This document shows, one piece after another, positions 57,259-64,000 of a stretch of DNA of 64,000 bases (position 1 is the stretch's first letter; each line of letters begins with the position of its first letter). The position numbers and the translations under genes are program-made. A model generated the notes under the pieces. It saw only the letters and a program-made list of their open reading frames with translations. It was not told the DNA's origin and made no database searches. This DNA comes from Rebecca billardiae RCC1528 (taxonomy: Eukaryota; Protista; Haptophyta), in assembly GCA_965240325.2 (NCBI GenBank), contig OZ251254.1:744001-808000 (forward strand), given 5' to 3'.

Positions 57259-59458
57259 TGGCGGGCCGTAGGTCCGCCCCTTGTAGTGCCCGGGAAAAAG
57301 ATAAGAAAAAAGAAAAAGAAAAAAGAAAATCGCCTCGCAAAGAAAAGAAAATCGCCTCCCTCACTGCCGGGTCGCTTCGCTCACTACCGGGCGCCCTCGC
57401 AGCTCCCACTGGAGACGCTCGGCCGAAAACATCAGACGCATGGCGCGGAGCGCGTGGGCGGCGCACGCCAAATCCAACGCCGGCGGGGACATCGTGAGAA
57501 GACTCCCGAGGGGGGTTTTCGCCCGATTCGCGATTGCTGCCCTCGTCGTCTCGCGTGCAGGTCGAACGGGGGCCAAAGTCGACCAGTTTGGAAGTACGCT
57601 CGGCGCGTCGACACGATCGTGCGACCTGGGGCGGTCCTCGCCCGACTTGCACGTCGAGCGCTCGCACGAGCCATAGTATTAAGCGCTGCGCACGACAACC
57701 ACCTCGCGCGATCCACCGTCGCGCGTCGGGCTCGGTGCGGAAAGGCCCTCATCACGAGGCGTCTCGCGGGCGGGAAGCGCCATCGCACGCGAAGCAAGCT
57801 TTGGCGCGGCCTTCTGAACTCGATCGCCGGAAACGGCGCACCGGACTGTCGCGTGCCACAACTTCTCAAAGCCGGGCGCATGCAAATCCGTTTGCTACAG
57901 CTGTACCAGTTCCCGGCCAAGCCGAAGGGCCGGCCCTTGTCCCGGCGATCATCTTTCGCGATCGCGGCCAAAGATCGCTCTCAGCTCGGCGCTCGCGGTC
58001 CCTCACAGCCGAAAGCCCACGTCCGGCCTTCAGCATGGCGTCGACGGTGACCAATGCGACGGAGGCGCAGCGCAAAGCGGCGTACGAGGCGCAGCGAACG
58101 CAGCTGCCGTGTCTGTCGCCGTGGCAGGAACCGCGTCTTGGCGAGTCGGCGGCCCTCGTCGCACAGCGCTACAGTATGACCGATCCCAGAGGCGCATCCG
58201 CCACGAGCTGAAACGCCGAGCGTGCAACATTGTCGCCCCATCCTCCACCATGTCACGAGCGCTGCGGGACGAGGCCGACGTCGTGAAGTCAGTGGCACAT
58301 GCGCTGCGCTTCCTGTGCCTGCTCGAGCAGCGCGTGCCCACCCTCGATCGCGAGTGGCACACGCTCTCGCACTGCGCGCGCGCGCACCGCCCGGACAGCT
58401 CCTGATACCGCCGAACGTGCGGGTGCCGGACCTGTCGCGCGAAGCGGCGAGCGCCGACGAGCGCTTGGACCTGGACGCGTTGTTGCGCAGCGTGGCGGCC
58501 GTGCACGACGCCGACGCGACCTTCGCCGAGCCCATCGTGCCCGGAGCGGACATCGGCATCCTCGCGACACACGATTTCAGCTGGCGGCAGGAGGAGATGC
58601 TGTCGCGTTATCCGTACAGCGCCGAGATTACGCGGGCTCTGCGATCCATGGCGAGCTTGTGACTTGGGGCGGCGACTCGCGCAGCAGTTTGGCCGCTCGA
58701 TGTACGAGTTCGCGTCCGGAGGAGTACGCGCGGCATGCAGGCTGCCGCCAGTGGGTACTGGCTACGAGTCCAAGCCCGCATGACCCTCACATCTCGAGTC
58801 TGCACCCTGCCGTTCGCTGTGTCAAAGCAGCCGCAACGAACAAGCGTCGTTGAGTGTCGATTGGCTGCGCGAGCGCGGTCTCGCCCCGCCCAACCCAAGT
58901 GTGTGCGAGTGAGCATGTGTCTTGAGCATGTGGCGTGCGTTGACGCCATCCGCGACGGCCGACATGGCCATGGAGCGCCCGCATCACTCGCCTGCACCGT
59001 GCCCTTCATAGCCTACGGGAAGCTCCGCAAATCTGTTGATTTTGCTCTTTTTTGCCCGTTGGAGTCATCTTCTTCGCTTGGTTCTTAGTGCACTGAAAAC
59101 CCTATTTTAAAGAATGAATTTTAGCGCGCGCGGGCGGCAGCGGAGCGCAACCAACCCGCGGAGTCGGGAGTGTCCGAAGGAGATCTCCGAGACGCTAAAT
59201 GTGAGCCAATTCTTGTCGCCTGCGCACCAACCTTGCGCCCGGGACCGACCATTAAAGTTGAGTGAGTCTCCCGTGAGTCTCCCGGCGCTGTACGGTTATT
59301 ATTCGTCAGTGAGTCAGGTAGCTCACCATCATCTGTGTGTCGCATTGTTATTCGTCATCCTGCCCGTCAAACCGCTAAATAAAAGGCGCGAACCCGCTGG
59401 GGAAATATTGCGACAGCACTGGCACGGCCCGCCGACCCCCCCGCCCGCCAGGGCAGAG
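57259..59458 (+). mobile_element. Helitron2/Helentron-like copy C (deleted; contains a MITE)
   Basis: Same termini; ends GGGCAGAG|TTT; shares its deletion junction GAGATGCTGTCGCGTTATTATTCG with copy E. Confidence 0.82.
58612..59295. mobile_element. 684-bp piggyBac-like MITE with TTAT TSD
   Basis: 13-bp TIR CCGTACAGCGCCG; TTAT duplicated (58608-58611 / 59296-59299); the empty site is visible in copy E (about 63255-63275). Confidence 0.88.
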
Positions 59459-60202
59459 TTTAATATATGGCGGGCCGTAGGTCCGCCCCTTGTAGTGCCC
59501 GGGAAAAAGATAAGAAAAATAAAAGGAAAAAAGAAAATCGCCTCGCAGAGAAAAGAAAATCGCCTCGCTCACTGCCGGGTCGCTTCGCTCACTACCGGGC
59601 GCCCTCGCAGCTCCCACTGGAGACGCTCGGCCGAAAACATCAGACGGATGGCGCGGAGCGCATGGGCCGCGCGCGCCAAATCCAACGCCGGCGCGGACAT
59701 CGTGAGAGGACTCCCGAGGGGGGTTTTCGCCCGATTCGCGATTGCTGCCCTCGTCGTCTCGCGTGCAGGTCGAACGGGGGCCAAAGTCGACGCGTTTGGA
59801 GGCACACTCGGCGCGTCGACACGATCGTGCGACCTGGGGCGGTCCTCGCCCGACTTGCACGTTGAGCGCTTGCACGGGCCATAGCATCAAGCGCTGCGCA
59901 CGACAACCACCTCGCGCGATCCACCGTCGCGCGTCGGGCTCGGTGCGGAAACGCATTCATCACGAGGTGTCTCGCGGGCGGGAAGCGCCATCGCACGCGA
60001 CGCAAGCTTTGGCGCGGCCTTCTGAACACCATAACCGGAATGCACACACCGGACTGTCGTCGCGTGCCCCTGTTGGCAAGGTCGGGCGCATGCAAATCCG
60101 TTTGCTACGGTCGGTGGTGTTCCAGAGCAAGCGCTCGTCTTTCGCGCTCGCGAGCTCGCGGCCAAAGATCGCTCGGCGCTCGGGGGCCCACGTCCGGCCT
60201 GC

Positions 60203-62556
60203 ATGGCGTCGACGGTGACCAATGCGACGGAGGGGCAGCGCAAAGCGGCGTACGACGCGCACCGCACCTCCCGGGTTTGCAGCCGTGGCAGGAACCGCGT
60301 CGTGGCGAGTCGGCGGCCCTCGTCGCAGCGCGCTATCACAAATCCCAGGTGCGCATCTGCGACGAGCTGAAACGCCGAGCGTGCAAGATCGCCGCGCCAT
60401 CCTGGTCCATGGCACGGGCGCTGCGGGACGAGGCCGACGTCGTGAAGCCAGTGGCACATGCGCTGCGCTTCGTGTGCCTGCTCGAGCAGCGCGTGCCCAC
60501 CGTCGATCGCGAGTGGCACACGCTCTCGCACTGCGCGCGCGTACAACGCCAACAGCTCCTGATACCGCCGAACGTGCGTGTGCCGGACCTGTCGCGCGGA
60601 GCGGCGAGCGCCGACGAGCGCTTGGACCTGGACGCGCTGTTGCGCAGCGTGGCGGCCGTGCACGACGCCGACGCGACCTTCGCCGAGCCCATCGTGCCCG
60701 GAGAGGACATTGGCATCCTCGCGACACACGATCTCAGCTGGCGCCACGAGGAAATGCTCACGATCTCCTCTGGCGGATTCGTCGGCGGCGAGGCGCTCGA
60801 CTACGTCATCGCGGTCGAGATGCGGCACATGCAGCGCGTACGCGAGCTCGCGCGAAGCCACGGGCTGCCCGTCCCGCCCCGCGTGCTGCACGTTCCCTCG
60901 TGGGTGTGGACCTTGCTCATGGGCGCGGGCGTGTACGCGTGGGAGAAGGTGGCCGACATCTTTGCGCTCTTCGACCTGAACGAGTACGACGTGCTCTCCT
61001 TCATCATCAACCAGGACGGCAACCACTGGGCGCAGGGGGTCGTGGACTTGCGCCGCGAGATCATCGAGTACCGCGAGCCCCTGGGCGGAGGCGACATGAT
61101 CGAGTTCGTCTCGAACGTGCAGCTGCTGCTCGCCGACGCGCACGAGGCCCAGCAGCAGCGCACACCGCGCACATGCGCGCAGCGCGACCCCTCCACGTGG
61201 CGCGTGTTCGAGCGCGCGCGCGAGCTGCCGTTGACGATGGCGCGGCAGGTGCCGGGCACGGTGCACTGCGCGGTGCTCGTCTTCGCGTACGTCCTCGACA
61301 CCGTGCGAGGCCACGCGCCGTGCGGCATGAGCCAGCCCTTCGACCCCAAGGAGTGGCGGCGCTTGATGCTACTCACGGCGCTCACGGGCAAGTCTTTTGC
61401 CGACGTGGCAGGGACGTGCGCGCAGCCCGACGCGGTGGCGACGTGTGTCAAAGGCGCACGCGAGTCGGCGCGCTCGCATCCGTCGCCGCATATCGCGCAA
61501 CGCGCCTCCGACCCCGCGCTCGCCGCGGAGACCAACGCCGCGGACGCGACAGCGAGCCCAGCCGCCCCCATCGCCGGGCTCCCAGCCGTTGCCGACGCCA
61601 TGCGCGTGGACATGGAGGAGTCGTGCGACGCGCTCGATGACGCCGTCGCGTCGAACCGCGGCACGGCGCCGCCGCGGCACTCGCTCGCAGGCGCCAGCGC
61701 ACGGCTCGGCGCCATCCGCCCCGCATCCCACGCCGAGCGGCGCAGCGCCCGTGGGCGCCTTGCAGCCGGGCGCGCCGCCGCGCGCCGACGACCACGTCGC
61801 CGAGGAGCCGCTGAGCGACGACCAGGCCGACGCCACCGGCGTGACCAGCATGGCGGCGCCGCCACACTCGCGCGTGCTGCGCTCGCAGACGTCGGCGCGC
61901 GACTCGGCGCTTTCCAGACCGCACCCCACGCCGAGCGGCGCCGCCCCCTTGGCCGCCTCGCAGCCCGGCGCGCCGCCGCCCACCGACGGCCACCTGGTCG
62001 GCGACCCGATGAGCGACGACGAGGCCGACGCCACCGGCGCGACGGGCATCCCGCCGCCGACTCCGGACTTCGACCCGTCGCAGCACGTGCAGGGGATGAT
62101 CCACGCGAACACGCACTCGTGCGCAGCGATGCTCACCTTCAGCCGCGGCGAGGAGAAGCACGCCGTTGGCATGTGCACCGTGTGCCTGCAGGTGCGCAAC
62201 ATTGGCCACGACTCCGGCGCCGATCTGAGCGCACGCCCAGGGTTCAACACGGTCATCGCCGCGCCGTGGGACTGCCAGCCGCGCGCGCAGCGCTATCCGG
62301 GCGCGCCCAAGTCGCGCGTGATGTGCAAGATCTGCATGGCGCTGAACACCAGCGCGGCGCGGCGCCGCACGCCGGACAACAACGAGCTCAAGGCACACCC
62401 CTACTCGGGCTTCTCCAGCCCCGCCGGCGACATGTCCAGCGACCTCCACCACAACAACATGCACTTCCTGCCCGTGTCCGAGTACCTGCTGCCGTGCACC
62501 GAGTTCGAGCTGCAGCTGCTGGGCAAGTACGCGTGCGCCGCCACCTACGATTTTAA
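60203..62556 (+). pseudogene. Ulp1/SENP-like (C48) cysteine protease followed by a Cys-rich DUF6570-like region; frameshifted and truncated
   Basis: IINQDGNHWAQGVVDL...IEYREPL...RQVPGTVHCAVLV gives His, Glu (for Asp), Gln, Cys; then CTVC...CKIC...NNMHFLPVSEYLLPCTEFELQLLG. Frameshifts near 60265 (4-bp deletion relative to copy A) and about 61700. Confidence 0.72.
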
Positions 62557-62626
62557 TATAAAGACCGGGCCCATTACACTGATTTCAAATAATATAAAGA
62601 CCGGGCCCATTACACTGATTTCAAAT
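62555..62626. repeat. 36-bp tandem duplication at the ORF truncation point
   Basis: AATATAAAGACCGGGCCCATTACACTGATTTCAAAT x2. Confidence 0.9.
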
Positions 62627-63098
62627 AATAATAACCGTTAGAAATCAACATAGAGAGACAGAGAGACAGAGAGACAGAAATCGGTAGGATGCACTGACTT
62701 CCAGACGACCTGAACAAATAATGAATCAGGACATCACACTCCGCCACAACTTGAACTGTTTTCGTGTTTAGCTCCAAGGACAAACCGTCACCGTCAGGCG
62801 CACACGGGCACGCCGCCGTCGCACGCCAATCAGTTGGCAGTGCGTGCGCGCAGTCGAAGGCTCGGCACGATGACGAGTAGCACAGTGGGTGCAGGAATAC
62901 ACGCGCAATCACACTGTCGCTGAGCTCGCACCAGAGTCATCTGTCGCGTTATTATTCGTCAGTGAGTCGGGTAGCTCACAATCATCTTGGTATGATGTCG
63001 CATTGTTATTCGTAGTCATCCTGCCCGTCAAACCGCTATAAATAAAAGGCGCGAACCCGCTGGGGAAATATTGCGACAGCACTGGCACGGCCCGCCGA

Positions 63099-64000
63099 AC
63101 TCTGCCCTGGCGGGCGGGGGGGGTCGGCGGGCCGTGCCAGTGCTGTCGCAATATTTCCCCAGCGGGTTCGCGCCTTTTATTTAGCGGTTTGACGGGCAGG
63201 ATGACGAATAACAATGCGACACACAGATGATGGTGAGCTACGACCTGACTCACTGACGAATAATAACGCGACAGCATCTCCTCCTGCCGCCAGCTGAGAT
63301 CGTGTGTCGCGAGGATGCCGATGTCCGCTCCGGGCACGATGGGCTCGGCGAAGGTCGCGTCGGCGTCGTGCACGGCCGCCACGCTGCGCAACAACGCGTC
63401 CAGGTCCAAGCGCTCGTCGGCGCTCGCCGCTTCGCGCGACAGGTCCGGCACCCACACGTTCGGCGGTATCAGGAGCTGTCGGCGGTGCGCGCGCGCGCAG
63501 TGCGAGAGCGTGTGCCACTCGCGATCGAGGGTGGGCACGCGCTGCTCGAGCAGGCACAGGAAGCGCAGGGCATGTGCCACTGGCTTCACGACGTCGGCCT
63601 CGTCCCGCAGCGCTCGTGACATGGTGGAGGATGGGGCGACAATGTTGCACGCTCGGCGTTTCAGCTCGTGGCGGATGCGCCTCTGGGATCGGTCATACTG
63701 TAGCGCTGTGCGACGAGGGCCGCCGACTCGCCAAGACGCGGTTCCTGCCACGGCGACAGACACGGCAGCTGCGTTCGCTGCGCCTCGTACGCCGCTTTGC
63801 GCTGCGCCTCCGTCGCATTGGTCACCGTCGACGCCATGCTTAGAAGGCCGGACGTGGGCTTTCGGCTGTGAGGGACCGCGAGCGCCGAGCGATCTTTGGC
63901 CGCGATCGCGAAAGATGATCGCCGGGACAAGGGCCGGCCCTTCCCGTTCGGCTTGGCCGGGAACTGGTACAGCTGTAGCAAACGGATTTGCATGCGCCCG
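63099..64000 (-). mobile_element. Helitron2/Helentron-like copy E (tail-to-tail with D; runs off the window)
   Basis: Reverse complement of copy C without the MITE; 3' end GGGCAGAG|TT. Confidence 0.82.

Larger units (their letters stand above)
59468..63098 (+). mobile_element. Helitron2/Helentron-like copy D (longest; Ulp1-like protease plus DUF6570-like region; no Rep/helicase)
   Basis: 5' hairpin terminus; 3' ACGGCCCGCC at about 63087-63096, cut off there by copy E. Confidence 0.82.

Overview
Very GC-rich eukaryotic genomic DNA with short GC-rich spliceosomal introns (mostly GTGCG...GCAG, at least one GC-AG). The style fits a haptophyte alga, possibly Pavlovales (inference only). Most long ORFs in the track are GC-driven shadow frames. 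Supported genes: a PC-esterase/TBL-like protein, a degenerate hybrid His-kinase/receiver, a homeobox factor, a 5-exon sulfotransferase, a tandem GAF-like (bHLH-MYC_N-type) protein, an R2R3-Myb, an RRM protein, a RING-H2 ligase, a PARP-like protein, and a large XopQ/HopQ1-type nucleoside hydrolase + multi-TM + TIR-like fusion (best candidate for an undescribed signalling/immune system). Roughly half the window is transposon-derived: two TA-flanked TIR elements, a 2.2-kb element with DIRS-like termini and an internal circle-junction copy, a TIR family with 7-bp TSDs nested with a hAT-type element, five Helitron2/Helentron-like copies carrying a Ulp1-like protease, and a piggyBac-like MITE. All family assignments come from motifs read by eye; no database searches were run.
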